64,000 bases of DNA from an uncultured delta proteobacterium (GCA_963746605.1 CAVVCH010000053.1:183465-247464), one strand, 5' to 3'; shown: positions 36,873-47,126, counted from the first letter of the stretch. Notes: generated by a model from the sequence alone, not told the origin. Translations and numbers: made by a program.

Positions 36873-38601
36873 GCTTCGGAATTTGGACGACAAACGCCCG
36901 GCCCGGGTTCTCGGGTTAATATTCGTCATCCTGGCCGCCGGCATCATTTTGTCCGGGGTCTTCAATTATCAGAACAAGAAAAAACATTTCAAAAAGGAGA
37001 CGGAGCATAAACTGGCTGCTGTCGCGGACCTGAAAGCCGGCGAAATCGTGCGCTGGAAAACCGAGCGTTTGAGGGATGCCGAGGTCTTTTTCCGTAATCC
37101 CGTCTTTGCGGCTTTGGTGCGGGATTTTTTCGCCCGTCCCAACGATTCCACCCTGGAGAAGAAACTTCGGACCTGGATGGGCCTGATCGAGGGAGGGTAT
37201 GATTATGACCGGGTGCGGTTGCTCGATTCCCGGGGCGTTGTGCGGTTGTCGACCCCCGACATGGAGGAGCCGCTCTCGCCGGTCATTAAACAGAAAGTCG
37301 CTGAAACACTGCAATCAAGGAAAATCACTTTCGTGGATTTCTACCGGCAGGAGCACTCCCGGAAGATCTCCCTGTCCTTCCTCGTCCCGATTCCGGATGA
37401 TCGGGACGGGGGCCGGCCTTTGGGGGTGCTTTCCCTGAGGATCGACCCGGAGGTCTATCTCTATCCCTTCATCCAACGCTGGCCTTCGCCGAGCGACACG
37501 GCCGAAACGCTGCTGGTCCGCCGGGAAGGGAATGACGTTGTATTTCTGAACGAGCTCCGGTTTCAAAAAAATACCGCCTTGACCCGCCGTATCCCGCTGG
37601 CGAATCAAGACGTTCCCTCGGTGAAGGCGGTCCTGGGTTGGAAAGGGATGGTGGAGGGGCCTGATTACCGGGGACAGCCGGTTTTGGCCGCGGTGCGCGC
37701 TATCCCTGATTCCCCGTGGTTTCTGGTCGCCCGCATAGATGTCGCGGAAGTATACAAACCCATGCGGGAAACCATGTGGCTGATGCTCCTGCTGGTGGGC
37801 GCCCTGCTCGTTGGTGCGGGGGCCTGGGTGGCCCTGATCTGGCGGCAGCAACACCTCCGCTTTTACCGGGAGCGGGCCGATGCGGCGGAGGCCCTGGAAA
37901 GAGCTAATGAAGAGTTGGAGCGTAGGGTCGAGGAGCGGACGGCGGAAGTCCGGTTCCTGTCATCGCGGCTTCTGGCAGCCCAGGAGGAAGAACGAAGAAA
38001 GATCGCCATCGATCTTCATGACGGATTCGCGGGACTGCTGAGCGCCGTCAAGTACCAGGTCGAGGCGGCCCGAAGGGGCGGTAATCTGGAGGAAGCGGTC
38101 ATCCTCCTGCAGAGGGCCATTGAGGAGTGCCGGAGCATGCAGATGGCCCTCAGACCTCCCCTGCTGGACGACCTCGGCCTGCTGGCCACGTTTAACTGGC
38201 TCATGCGAGAATTCCAGATAAGGACTCCCGGCCTGACGGTCGAAAAGCAATTCGAAGTCGAAGAGCTGGCGATTCCAAAGGCTTTGAGGGTGGTGATCTT
38301 CCGGATTACCCAGGAGGCCTTGAACAATATCGCCAAGTACAGCGAGGCGGATTGGCTGCTGCTTTCCCTGCGGGAAACCAATGGGACACTGGTGCTAATC
38401 GTCCGGGACAATGGGCGGGGGTTCGATGTCGAAAAGGCACTGACCAAGGAGAATACCGAACGTGGGCTTGGGCTGACCAGCATGCGGGAACGAGCCGAGT
38501 TGTCGGGGGGAACGTTCTCCGTCGAATCCGCGTTCGGTAAAGGGACGGTCGTTCGGGTTACCTGGCCGGGAAAGACGGGAACGGACGATCGGGAAATGTG
38601 A
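36859..38601 (+). CDS. sensor histidine kinase, HisKA_3 (NarX/UhpB-like) family, with periplasmic sensing domain
   Basis: Two transmembrane helices flank an approximately 280-aa periplasmic region. H-box IAIDLHDGFAGLLSAV. HATPase GLGLTSMRERAELSGG. Start taken at the Met at 36859, after the GGGGGG RBS. Confidence 0.85.
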   Translation: MAMDKLRNLDDKRPARVLGLIFVILAAGIILSGVFNYQNKKKHFKKETEHKLAAVADLKAGEIVRWKTERLRDAEVFFRNPVFAALVRDFFARPNDSTLEKKLRTWMGLIEGGYDYDRVRLLDSRGVVRLSTPDMEEPLSPVIKQKVAETLQSRKITFVDFYRQEHSRKISLSFLVPIPDDRDGGRPLGVLSLRIDPEVYLYPFIQRWPSPSDTAETLLVRREGNDVVFLNELRFQKNTALTRRIPLANQDVPSVKAVLGWKGMVEGPDYRGQPVLAAVRAIPDSPWFLVARIDVAEVYKPMRETMWLMLLLVGALLVGAGAWVALIWRQQHLRFYRERADAAEALERANEELERRVEERTAEVRFLSSRLLAAQEEERRKIAIDLHDGFAGLLSAVKYQVEAARRGGNLEEAVILLQRAIEECRSMQMALRPPLLDDLGLLATFNWLMREFQIRTPGLTVEKQFEVEELAIPKALRVVIFRITQEALNNIAKYSEADWLLLSLRETNGTLVLIVRDNGRGFDVEKALTKENTERGLGLTSMRERAELSGGTFSVESAFGKGTVVRVTWPGKTGTDDREM

Positions 38602-39026
38602 TCCGGAGCGAAACCTGGAAGTCCCGGCCACCGAAGACGGCCGCCTGCACCTCCATGTCCCCGAGATGGCCGACTGGGTCCGATCCATCGAGCCGCAATC
38701 CGAGGCCGCAGCCCTACAGGGGGACCCGGACTGGCCCTTCATCCTGATGGCCGGCCGACATACGGACCAGAACGCCAATACCCTCATGCGGGACCCGGCC
38801 TCACCGGAGGGTTCCAGCATTGACTCGAGTACTTTCTTCGGTTGTTCTCCCTTTTGGGATGGCGGTCAGACAATAGGGTAGTCTGAAATCGGGCCTTCAG
38901 ACCCGATGCGGGGGTACCCGCCTAAAAGGCGAACAACCATTTTTTCTTTGATCACTGCTTCTTGCCTTGTGTTATACTCCACCATCCCTCACCCCGGGGT
39001 TCCCGTAGGGATTTACTGACTAAATT

Positions 39027-42000
39027 TTGGAATTTTTTATGGAATCGCCAGAGCAAAAAAAAGAGGAAGGGGTCGGTCTCGAGGAACTTCGTCATCGGAT
39101 TTTCGAACTCGAGGAGGAGATCCGTAGACTGAAATCCTCGCCGAAAGAGAAGGAAGCGGCGGGTCACTTAGCAGACCAGGAGACCCGGATTCGACTGCTG
39201 ATCGAGAATATGGAAGATTTGATCTTTACCCTCGATCTCAATCTTCGGACCACTTATATCAGTCCATCGGTCAGGAAAGTCCTCGGGTACAGCCCTGAGG
39301 AAAGGATGAGGCAACGTCCCGAGGAACAGCTCACTTCGGAGTCGCTCCAACTGGCCGTCCAAACGCTGGCGCTGGAACTGGAACGGGAAAAGGATCCCTC
39401 AACGGTTCCTGATCGCTCGGTTACCCTGGAGCTGGAATTTTTTCATCGGGACGGTTCGACCCGGATTATGGAAACCGTCTTTCGCGGCCTCCGTGACCGG
39501 CAGGGAACGTTGGTTGGAATCTACGGCCTTTCCCGGGATATCAGCAAGCGGAAGAGGATGGAGGAGGCGCTGAGGGAAAGCGAAGAACGCTACCGCGATT
39601 TGGTCGAGAACAGCCAGGATATTATCAGCACCCACGACCTGCAAGGAAATATCCTTTCCGTGAGTGGAGCGCTGGTTAGATTTTTGGGGTATTCCCGCGA
39701 ATCTTTACTGAAAATGAATGTGGCCGATTTGCTTGTTCCGGAGATGCGTAAGCGGTTCGGGGCCTATCTGGCCGAGATCCAGAGTCAAGGCCGGTCCAGC
39801 GGCATCATGCGGATCCAAACCGCCGGGGGTGAAACCCGCTTTTGGGAATATAACAACACCCTGCGGACCGAAGGGGTTCCCATCCCCATCGTGCGAGGCC
39901 TGGCCCATGACATCACCGAACGCAAGCTGGTCGAAATGGCCTTACGTCAGAGCGAGACCTCGCTCCAGGCGATTCTGCGATCTACTGCTGACGGCATTTT
40001 AGCCGTCAGCACGGAAAACAAGATTCTTTTCGCCAATGAACTTTTTGTGGAGATGTGGAAGATACCTCCCGGAGTGATCGAAAGGGGGGATAATGCCGCT
40101 TTGCTTCCGTATGTTTCTGCTCAAGTGAACGATCCGCAAGGGTTCCTGAAAAAAGTCCAGGAAATATACGCCTCGAAGGAAGACAGTTTTGATATCCTGG
40201 ATTTTAAGGACGGCCGGGTAATGGAACGACTGTCCCGTCCCCTGATGCAGGGGGAACAACTCCGGGGCAGGGTCTGGTCCTTTCGAGACATCTCCGAACG
40301 CAGACGGAAAGAGGAGGCCCTGCGGCAAAGCGAGGAGCGGTATCGGGCCATTTTCGAACAGGCCGTGGAAGGTTTTTTTCAGAGCACACCGGAGGGACGG
40401 TGGATCAAGGTCAACCAGGCCCTGGCCGGAATGTGCGGTTATGATTCCCCAGAGGAAATGATAGCTGCTATAACGGATATTGGGAGCCAACATTACACCA
40501 ACCGGCAGGACCGGGAGGTTTTCAACCGGCTTCTCCTGGAACGGGGGGTGGTGGAGAATTTCGAACACGAGACCCGGCGCAAGGACGGCAGCACTTTTTG
40601 GACGTCCGTCAGCGCCCGGGCCGTCCGGGATGGCGAGGGACGGATTCTTTACTATGAAGGGACCCACGAGGATATCGATAAGCGGAAAACTGCCGAGCTG
40701 TTGCTGGTGGATGCCGAAGAACAGTATCGCTCGCTCTTTGAATCCTCCACCAACGCTATCCTGATTCGAAACCGGGAGGGCCGGATCACCATGGTGAATC
40801 CGGCGGGGGTCGACCTGCTGGGGGCCGCGAAGGCCGAGGAATTGATCGGCCGGGCCTATCTGGACCTGGTATATCCGGAAGACCGTCCGTTATCGGCGGA
40901 GCGGATCGAAAAAATATTTCTGGGGGACGCCGGCCAACAGCCAATCGGAAGTTCCGGTCGACCCGCCGTATTGCCGAGAGAACACCGGATGGTCACGCTT
41001 AAAGGCGAGGTGATCCATGTTGAATCCACCGGAGTGGCCTTTCACCATAAGGGAGAATCATTCCTCCAGGGGATTTTTCGGGATATCACCGAACGTAAAC
41101 AAGCGGAAGAGGCCCTGCGACGGAGTGAAGACAATTACCGCTGTTTGTTCGAGGAATCTAAGAGGGCCGAGGAGTTATACCGTTCGCTCCTGAATGCTTC
41201 GGCAGACGCTATTGTTGTATACGACCTGGAAGGAAATGTACGGTTTCTCAACCCTTCCTTCACCCGGATATTCGGCTGGACCCTTGAGGAGCTATCCGGG
41301 AAGCGCATCCCCTTCGTTCCAAATTCCGAAAAAGAGGCCTCCCTGGCCCAAATCCGGCAGGCGTTGTCCGGCATACCATCCGTGAACTTTGAAACCCAGC
41401 GGTATGATAAGGACGGCCGCATACTGTCCGTCAATCTCAGCGCCTCGCGGTTTGACGATCATGACGGAGTGCCGGCCGGTTTGCTGGTAATTCTGCATGA
41501 TGTCACTCAAACCAAGGCCCTGGAATCTCAATTTCGGCAGGCTCAGAAAATGGAGGCCATCGGCACCCTGGCCGGAGGCGTCGCGCACGATTTCAACAAT
41601 CTCCTGCAGGTGATCAGCGGCTATGCCCAATTGCTCCTCTGGGGTAAATCCGAACGGGATCCCGGCCATAATGAACTCTTGGAGATTCAAAAAGCCGTCC
41701 AGCGGGCGGCCCAGCTCGTCCGCCAACTGTTGACCTTCAGCCGCAAAGTGGAAGGGAATCGCCGCCCTCTCGACTTGAATCAGGAAATTCTGGAAGCCGA
41801 AAAAATATTGAAGAGGGCCATTCCGAAGATGATCATCATCGATCTTCGGCTGGGGAGCCCTCTGGAAACGGTCAATGCCGATCCGGTCCAGATCGAGCAA
41901 ATACTGTTGAATTTAGGGAGCAACGCCGCCGACGCTATGCCCAACGGGGGGCGACTGACTCTGGAGACCCGTCTTGTCAGCCTGGACGATGAATTCTGCC

Positions 42001-42671
42001 GTCATCACCCGGGAGCGAAACCTGGAAATTACATCCTGATGAGCGTTTCGGATACCGGCCAGGGCATGGAGCGGGAGACGGTGCAGCATATATTCGAGCC
42101 TTTTTTCACCACCAAGGAAATCGGTAAAGGGACCGGGTTAGGGTTGGCTTCGGTCTACGGAATTGTCAAGAGCCACGGAGGATACATCCTCTGTGAAAGC
42201 GAGGCCGGGCAAGGCACGGCCTTCAAGATTTATTTGCCGGTTGTCCAGGAAAAGCACGCGCCCGTTGAAAAAGCGGGCGGAGAAGTCCTTTTCAAAGGTG
42301 GATCGGAAACCGTCCTGGTGGTAGATGATGAAGCCTCGGTCAGGGAAATGGCCGCGCAGATCCTCCAGCGCCATGGCTATCATGTATTCGCCGCCGATTG
42401 CGGCGAGACGGCTCTGGATTTTTTCCAAACCTGCAAAACTGGAGTTGACCTGGTCATCCTCGATCTGGGGATGCCCGGTATGGGCGGTCTCAACTGCCTG
42501 CGGGAATTTCGAAAGATCGATGCCTCCCTCAAGATCCTGATCGCCAGCGGCTACGCGGCCACCGGTCCGGCAAAGGAGGGCCTGGAGTCCGGCGCCGCGG
42601 GGTATATCGGTAAACCCTATCGACTTCAGGATCTGCTGGCCAAGGTCAGAGCGGTTCTGGACGGAGCCTAG
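39027..42671 (+). CDS. multi-PAS hybrid sensor histidine kinase with C-terminal receiver domain
   Basis: At least 6 PAS/PAC units, HisKA H-box GVAHDFNNLLQVISGY, HATPase DTGQGME...GTGLGLA, and a REC domain (VLVVDDE...DLVILDLGMPGMGG). Confidence 0.9.
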   Translation: MEFFMESPEQKKEEGVGLEELRHRIFELEEEIRRLKSSPKEKEAAGHLADQETRIRLLIENMEDLIFTLDLNLRTTYISPSVRKVLGYSPEERMRQRPEEQLTSESLQLAVQTLALELEREKDPSTVPDRSVTLELEFFHRDGSTRIMETVFRGLRDRQGTLVGIYGLSRDISKRKRMEEALRESEERYRDLVENSQDIISTHDLQGNILSVSGALVRFLGYSRESLLKMNVADLLVPEMRKRFGAYLAEIQSQGRSSGIMRIQTAGGETRFWEYNNTLRTEGVPIPIVRGLAHDITERKLVEMALRQSETSLQAILRSTADGILAVSTENKILFANELFVEMWKIPPGVIERGDNAALLPYVSAQVNDPQGFLKKVQEIYASKEDSFDILDFKDGRVMERLSRPLMQGEQLRGRVWSFRDISERRRKEEALRQSEERYRAIFEQAVEGFFQSTPEGRWIKVNQALAGMCGYDSPEEMIAAITDIGSQHYTNRQDREVFNRLLLERGVVENFEHETRRKDGSTFWTSVSARAVRDGEGRILYYEGTHEDIDKRKTAELLLVDAEEQYRSLFESSTNAILIRNREGRITMVNPAGVDLLGAAKAEELIGRAYLDLVYPEDRPLSAERIEKIFLGDAGQQPIGSSGRPAVLPREHRMVTLKGEVIHVESTGVAFHHKGESFLQGIFRDITERKQAEEALRRSEDNYRCLFEESKRAEELYRSLLNASADAIVVYDLEGNVRFLNPSFTRIFGWTLEELSGKRIPFVPNSEKEASLAQIRQALSGIPSVNFETQRYDKDGRILSVNLSASRFDDHDGVPAGLLVILHDVTQTKALESQFRQAQKMEAIGTLAGGVAHDFNNLLQVISGYAQLLLWGKSERDPGHNELLEIQKAVQRAAQLVRQLLTFSRKVEGNRRPLDLNQEILEAEKILKRAIPKMIIIDLRLGSPLETVNADPVQIEQILLNLGSNAADAMPNGGRLTLETRLVSLDDEFCRHHPGAKPGNYILMSVSDTGQGMERETVQHIFEPFFTTKEIGKGTGLGLASVYGIVKSHGGYILCESEAGQGTAFKIYLPVVQEKHAPVEKAGGEVLFKGGSETVLVVDDEASVREMAAQILQRHGYHVFAADCGETALDFFQTCKTGVDLVILDLGMPGMGGLNCLREFRKIDASLKILIASGYAATGPAKEGLESGAAGYIGKPYRLQDLLAKVRAVLDGA

Positions 42672-42790
42672 CGACATCCCGGCCCCGATCCTCTGCCGGG
42701 CCGAGGTCGGGTGCTCCAATAGGTTCATAAAGCCCTAGAAAGCCCGGGAGAAACCCCTGGCTTTTTTGGGGGGGGATCCATATGTTTTTC

Positions 42791-42824
42791 CAAACCATGG
42801 TTTGATTTTTTTGACTTAAGTCAA
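42791..42824. promoter_or_regulatory. two adjacent perfect 14-bp palindromes upstream of nrfH: CAAACCATGGTTTG (42791-42804) and TTGACTTAAGTCAA (42811-42824, a CRP/FNR-family-type TTGAC-N4-GTCAA box)
   Basis: Both palindromes are read directly from the sequence. TTGAC-N4-GTCAA is the consensus class for FNR/Dnr/HcpR-type regulators, which is established knowledge. A TATACT -10-like hexamer follows at 42833-42838. Confidence 0.45.
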
Positions 42825-42937
42825 AGATTTTATACTTTATTTCTTTATACTTCTTTGCTACATTGAGCTTCATACGAAAAGCCGTTTAAAAGACCCTTTT
42901 TATTCCACAACAACCAAATTTATATAGGAGGATCCTG

Positions 42938-43402
42938 ATGAGCCCTTTGCCCTCCAAGAAGTTGTGGTTCTACGCCATTATCCTCGCGGTTATCCTGGGA
43001 GCCGGCGGCCTGTTTGTCATGTTCGGCCCGCCGCAACTCTACGCCAAAACCGGAACCCCTGAATACTGCGGAAGCTGCCACGTCATGGAAACGGAGTACG
43101 AGGCCTGGCGCCATGCCGGTGCCCACCGCCGCATCAAGTGCATCGACTGCCACCTGCCGAACGACAGTAAGGTGAAAAATCTGACCTGGAAAAATATCGA
43201 CGGCATGACGGACATGTTCAAGTTCTATACCGGCCAGGTCCGCGAGAATCTACGCATCTCCGAGCGGGGCGCCAGGGTGGTCCAGGAAAACTGCAAACGC
43301 TGTCACGAGGAGACCATCTCCCGGGTTACGGTGGACCGGAACTGCTGGGAATGCCACCGGCGGTTGTCCCATAAATTGACCGGGGTCAGGGATACGCTTT
43401 AA
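42938..43402 (+). CDS. nrfH: NapC/NirT-family tetrahaem cytochrome c, nitrite reductase quinol-oxidising subunit
   Basis: N-terminal transmembrane helix. Four CxxCH motifs (CGSCH, CIDCH, CKRCH, CWECH). Confidence 0.9.
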   Translation: MSPLPSKKLWFYAIILAVILGAGGLFVMFGPPQLYAKTGTPEYCGSCHVMETEYEAWRHAGAHRRIKCIDCHLPNDSKVKNLTWKNIDGMTDMFKFYTGQVRENLRISERGARVVQENCKRCHEETISRVTVDRNCWECHRRLSHKLTGVRDTL

Positions 43403-43478
43403 TTTGATGTTTTGAAACCAATAATAATCAATAATCAATTGTTAATTTTTAATTGTCAATTTTGAAAAGGAGAGGGTT

Positions 43479-45011
43479 ATGAAAAGGAGAGGATGGACAG
43501 TCATACTGGGGTTGATCGGGCTGGTCGGGGCCTGGGGGCTTTATGCCTGCGCGCCTTCCAAGCCCGAACCGGTTAAAACAGTAACCATCGCCGACGGGGA
43601 TTTCGATCCGGTCAACTGGGGCAAGGCCTATCCCTTGGAATACGAATCCTGGTTGAAGACCAAGGACCCGAGGCCGGCCGGTAAAAGTAAATACAAGAAG
43701 GGCTTCGATACGGACAATATCATTTACGACAAGCTCAGTGAATTTCCTTACATGCCGCTTCTGTTCAACGGCTGGGGCTTCGGGGTGGAATACAACGAGC
43801 CGCGGGGCCATCACTACATGCTGATCGATCAATTGGAGGTCGACCCCTCGCGGCTGAAGGCCGGCGGGGCCTGCCTGACCTGCAAGACCCCCTTTGCTCC
43901 GAAAATGCAAAAGGAGATGGGAGTTGATTATTTCAAGCTTCCTTACCTCGAGGTCCACAGCAAGATTCCGGTGGCCTTTCAGAAGTTAGGGGTAACCTGC
44001 GTGGATTGCCATGACAATAAAACCCTGAATCCCAGGCTTTCCCGTTGGACCCTGCAAAAGGCCTTGGCCGATATCGGGAAGGATCCGAACCAACTCGGAC
44101 GCCAGGAGTTGCGCAGCCTGGCCTGCGCCCAGTGCCACGTCACCTACATCGTCCAGAAAGACGAAGAGATGAAATCCAAGGCCGTCTTTTTCCCTTGGCA
44201 GGGCAGCAAACCGGGAGATATTTCGGTGGAAAACATCATCAAGGTTATTAAGAGCGATCCTTCCCATCTGGAATGGAAGCAGGCGGTCACCGGCTTCAAG
44301 GTCGGCTTCATCCGCCACCCGGAATACGAATTTTACAGCCGGAACAGCGTCCACTGGAAGGCCAACGCCGCTTGTGCCGATTGCCATATGCCCTACACCA
44401 AGGTGGGGGCCAATAAGATTTCCGACCACAACGTCATGAGCCCGTTGAAGAACGATATGAAGGCCTGCCAGCAGTGCCACACCGAAACCCCCCAGTGGCT
44501 GACCGATCAGGTAATCGCCATCCAGGATCGCACCGTGTCCCTGATGAACCGGTCCGGGTATGCCTGCGCGGTAACGGCCAAGCTGTTTGAGACGGCCCAC
44601 AAGGCACAGGAACAGGGCAAGAAGATCGACGAAGCCCTGTACAAACAGGCCAAGGACCTTTATCTGGAGGCTTTCTACCGGGTGATCTTTCTCGGGGCTG
44701 AAAACTCGGTCGGGTTTCACAACCCTTCCGAGGCCGGTCGAATCGCCGGCGACGCGGTGGCTTTGGCCGCTCGATCCGAAGCCCTGCTGCGGCAGGCCTT
44801 AACCAAGGCGGGCGTGGATCTGCCGGCTGACATCAACCTGGAAATGGTCAAATACGTCAATGACCGCGGGATCAAAAAACTGAAATTCCGTCCGGAATTC
44901 GAATTCAAGGATCCTTTCGGGATCCAGGAGATGCTGACCCCGGCTAAATTTTCCGGTCTGCCTACGGCGGCCGCTAAAACGAAAGTAACCTTATGCGAAC
45001 CATTGGTTTGA
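43479..45011 (+). CDS. nrfA: cytochrome c552 nitrite reductase (ammonia-forming), pentahaem
   Basis: Diagnostic CxxCK active-site haem motif (CLTCK at 43871-43885) plus four CxxCH motifs (CVDCH, CAQCH, CADCH, CQQCH). Signal peptide present. Confidence 0.92.
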   Translation: MKRRGWTVILGLIGLVGAWGLYACAPSKPEPVKTVTIADGDFDPVNWGKAYPLEYESWLKTKDPRPAGKSKYKKGFDTDNIIYDKLSEFPYMPLLFNGWGFGVEYNEPRGHHYMLIDQLEVDPSRLKAGGACLTCKTPFAPKMQKEMGVDYFKLPYLEVHSKIPVAFQKLGVTCVDCHDNKTLNPRLSRWTLQKALADIGKDPNQLGRQELRSLACAQCHVTYIVQKDEEMKSKAVFFPWQGSKPGDISVENIIKVIKSDPSHLEWKQAVTGFKVGFIRHPEYEFYSRNSVHWKANAACADCHMPYTKVGANKISDHNVMSPLKNDMKACQQCHTETPQWLTDQVIAIQDRTVSLMNRSGYACAVTAKLFETAHKAQEQGKKIDEALYKQAKDLYLEAFYRVIFLGAENSVGFHNPSEAGRIAGDAVALAARSEALLRQALTKAGVDLPADINLEMVKYVNDRGIKKLKFRPEFEFKDPFGIQEMLTPAKFSGLPTAAAKTKVTLCEPLV

Positions 45012-45370
45012 TAATCGGTTTAATTGTCTCGATAGTGGCGCCTCAGGTCCTGGCCCAGGGGCCTGAGGCCCTGTTCAAGGAAGGTAAGAAGCTTTTCGAA
45101 AACACCTGCGCCGACTGTCACCGTGTGAATGGGCAGGGGTTACCAAACATGTTCCCGGCCCTGGATAAGAATCCGTTTGTGGTCGGAGACCCTTCGAAGG
45201 TGATCGATACCGTGCTCCAGGGGCGAAAAGGAAAACTGGGCCAGATGCCGACCTGGAAGGACACGTTCAATGATCAACAAATGGCGGCCATTCTCACCTA
45301 CGTTCGCCAGGCCTGGTCCAACAAAGGGACGCCAGTAACTCCGGAGGCGGTAAAAAAGCAAAGGAAATAA
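44993..45370 (+). CDS. monohaem c-type cytochrome (class I)
   Basis: Signal peptide. Single CADCH motif. A distal Met candidate sits in GQMPTW. Overlaps the nrfA end by 19 nt. Confidence 0.75.
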   Translation: MRTIGLIIGLIVSIVAPQVLAQGPEALFKEGKKLFENTCADCHRVNGQGLPNMFPALDKNPFVVGDPSKVIDTVLQGRKGKLGQMPTWKDTFNDQQMAAILTYVRQAWSNKGTPVTPEAVKKQRK

Positions 45371-45430
45371 ATAAATGGGACCGGGAACCGTCCTCTCGCC
45401 ACCGCACCGGAGGCCGGTGGTTGCTCTCCC

Positions 45431-46244
45431 ATGGCTACTCGATCTCCCGTCGGGGAGGGGTTCCAGATGAAATGGACCGATGAAGCGGAGGGGGCTGTTT
45501 CCAAAGTCCCCTTTTTTATTCGCAAGCGAGTCAAAAAGCGGGTTGAGGAAGAGGCCGAACGGTGCGGCAGCTCCCTGGTTACCCTGGACCATGTCAAGAC
45601 CTGCCAACAGCGGTTTCTCCAGAACATGGATTCAGAGGTCAAGGGTTTCCAGGTCGAAAGCTGTTTCGGACCCACGGGCTGCCCCAATGCGGTAGTCGTC
45701 AGTCCGGACCTGGTTCAAAGGCTGGAAAAAAAATTAGAACAGCGGAACCTGCGGGAGTTTCTTAAAGAGAAGGTTAAGGGTCCGCTGAAGATGCATCATG
45801 AATTTCGGGTTTCCCTGTCCACCTGCCCCAATGCCTGTTCCCGGCCCCAGATCGTGGATTTCGGGATTATCGGGGCCCTCCGTCCCGGAATCAGTACCGA
45901 ACCCTGCACGGGCTGCGGGGCCTGTGTGGAGGCCTGTTCCGAGGAAGCCATAGCCCTGGCGGAATCGCCGGAGGGGCCGGTGATCGATCCGTCACCGCTG
46001 CCTGGCCTGCGGCCAGTGCCTCAAGGTCTGCCCCACCGGGACTCTGGTGGAAGGAGAAAAAGGCTATCGCATTCAATTGGGCGGAAAACTGGGACGCCAT
46101 CCCCAACTGGGTCGGGAATTGCCCGGGTTCCATTCGGAGGAGGACCTGTTAGCCGTTCTGGACCGAACCCTGGACCACTACCAGAAATATAATGAAAGAG
46201 GGGAGCGACTGGGAGAGGTTCTGAAGCGACACCCAATAGGATAG
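45431..46244 (+). CDS. nitrite/sulfite reductase-like sirohaem/4Fe-4S protein with N-terminal PCP_red-like domain, apparent frameshift near 45985-46000
   Basis: MKWTDEAEGAVSKVPFFIRKRVKKRVEE (PCP_red-like). SLSTCPNACSRPQIVDFGIIG (NIR_SIR ferredoxin-like). CTGCGACVEAC, then in the +1 frame RCLACGQCLKVCP followed by GYRIQLGGKLGRHPQ. Confidence 0.55.
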
Positions 46245-46398
46245 CGGTCCTCAGACAATTCAGCTCGCCGATTGAACAGGCCGGCATAAAAATACAGGGT
46301 TTTTATCCAAAAAATACGGTGTTCGTCTTATACACGCAGGCCTGTTCTTCGAATAAAATTAAAATATACCTATTTATGGAATTTGAAAGGAGAGCACC

Positions 46399-46704
46399 AT
46401 GCGAATGATTCTGCAGGCGAGGATTCCTCACGAAGAGTTTAACGCGGCTGTTCGAGACGGTAGCGTAGGGGGGAAGATGAAAAAAATTCTCGATGAAACT
46501 AAGGCGGAGGCCGTTTATTTCACCGAGTATGACGGTCAGCGCGGGGCCATTATGATCATCAATATCAAAGACTCGTCGGAAGTGCCAAAGTTTGCCGAAC
46601 CGTGGTTTCTATTGTTCAACGCCGACGTCGAATTTCACGTTGCCATGACCCCGGAGGAATTAGGGCGGGCAGGCCTTGAAAAGCTAGGGGAGAAGTGGTC
46701 TTAG
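46399..46704 (+). CDS. small hypothetical cytoplasmic protein (101 aa)
   Basis: ORF with RBS GGAGAG. No recognisable motif. Confidence 0.5.
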   Translation: MRMILQARIPHEEFNAAVRDGSVGGKMKKILDETKAEAVYFTEYDGQRGAIMIINIKDSSEVPKFAEPWFLLFNADVEFHVAMTPEELGRAGLEKLGEKWS

Positions 46705-46757
46705 GATCGAGCTAACCGCTCACCCTGCTCCAGGTAAAATCAAGAAAGGAGAAGATC

Positions 46758-47126
46758 ATGAAAAAGCTGGAAGTAAAAAGCTTCGGTAGTCCTGATGAGG
46801 TAAGAACCTTTGACAAGGGGAAATTGGAACTGATCAAGGTTGGCGGAGCATTGATCGGCCGAGCTACACTTCAACCCGGGTGGAAGTGGTCGGAATCGGT
46901 CAAGCCCATAGCCAAGACTGAGAGCTGCGAGGCCCCTCATTTTCAGTATCATGCGTCAGGTACAATTCGGATCAGGATGGATGATGGCACGGAAAGAGAT
47001 GTCAAGGCTGGTGAGGTTTCATTGGTTCCATCGGGACATGACGCCTGGGTGGTCGGGAATGAGCCGGTCGTCTTGATCGACTTTCAGGGCATGGCCGACT
47101 ACGCTAAGGAAGGTGCAAAAAAATAG
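46758..47126 (+). CDS. cupin-domain protein
   Basis: 122 aa. Conserved cupin beta-barrel motifs (G..H.H...E..YVL.G). RBS AAGGAG. Confidence 0.7.
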   Translation: MKKLEVKSFGSPDEVRTFDKGKLELIKVGGALIGRATLQPGWKWSESVKPIAKTESCEAPHFQYHASGTIRIRMDDGTERDVKAGEVSLVPSGHDAWVVGNEPVVLIDFQGMADYAKEGAKK

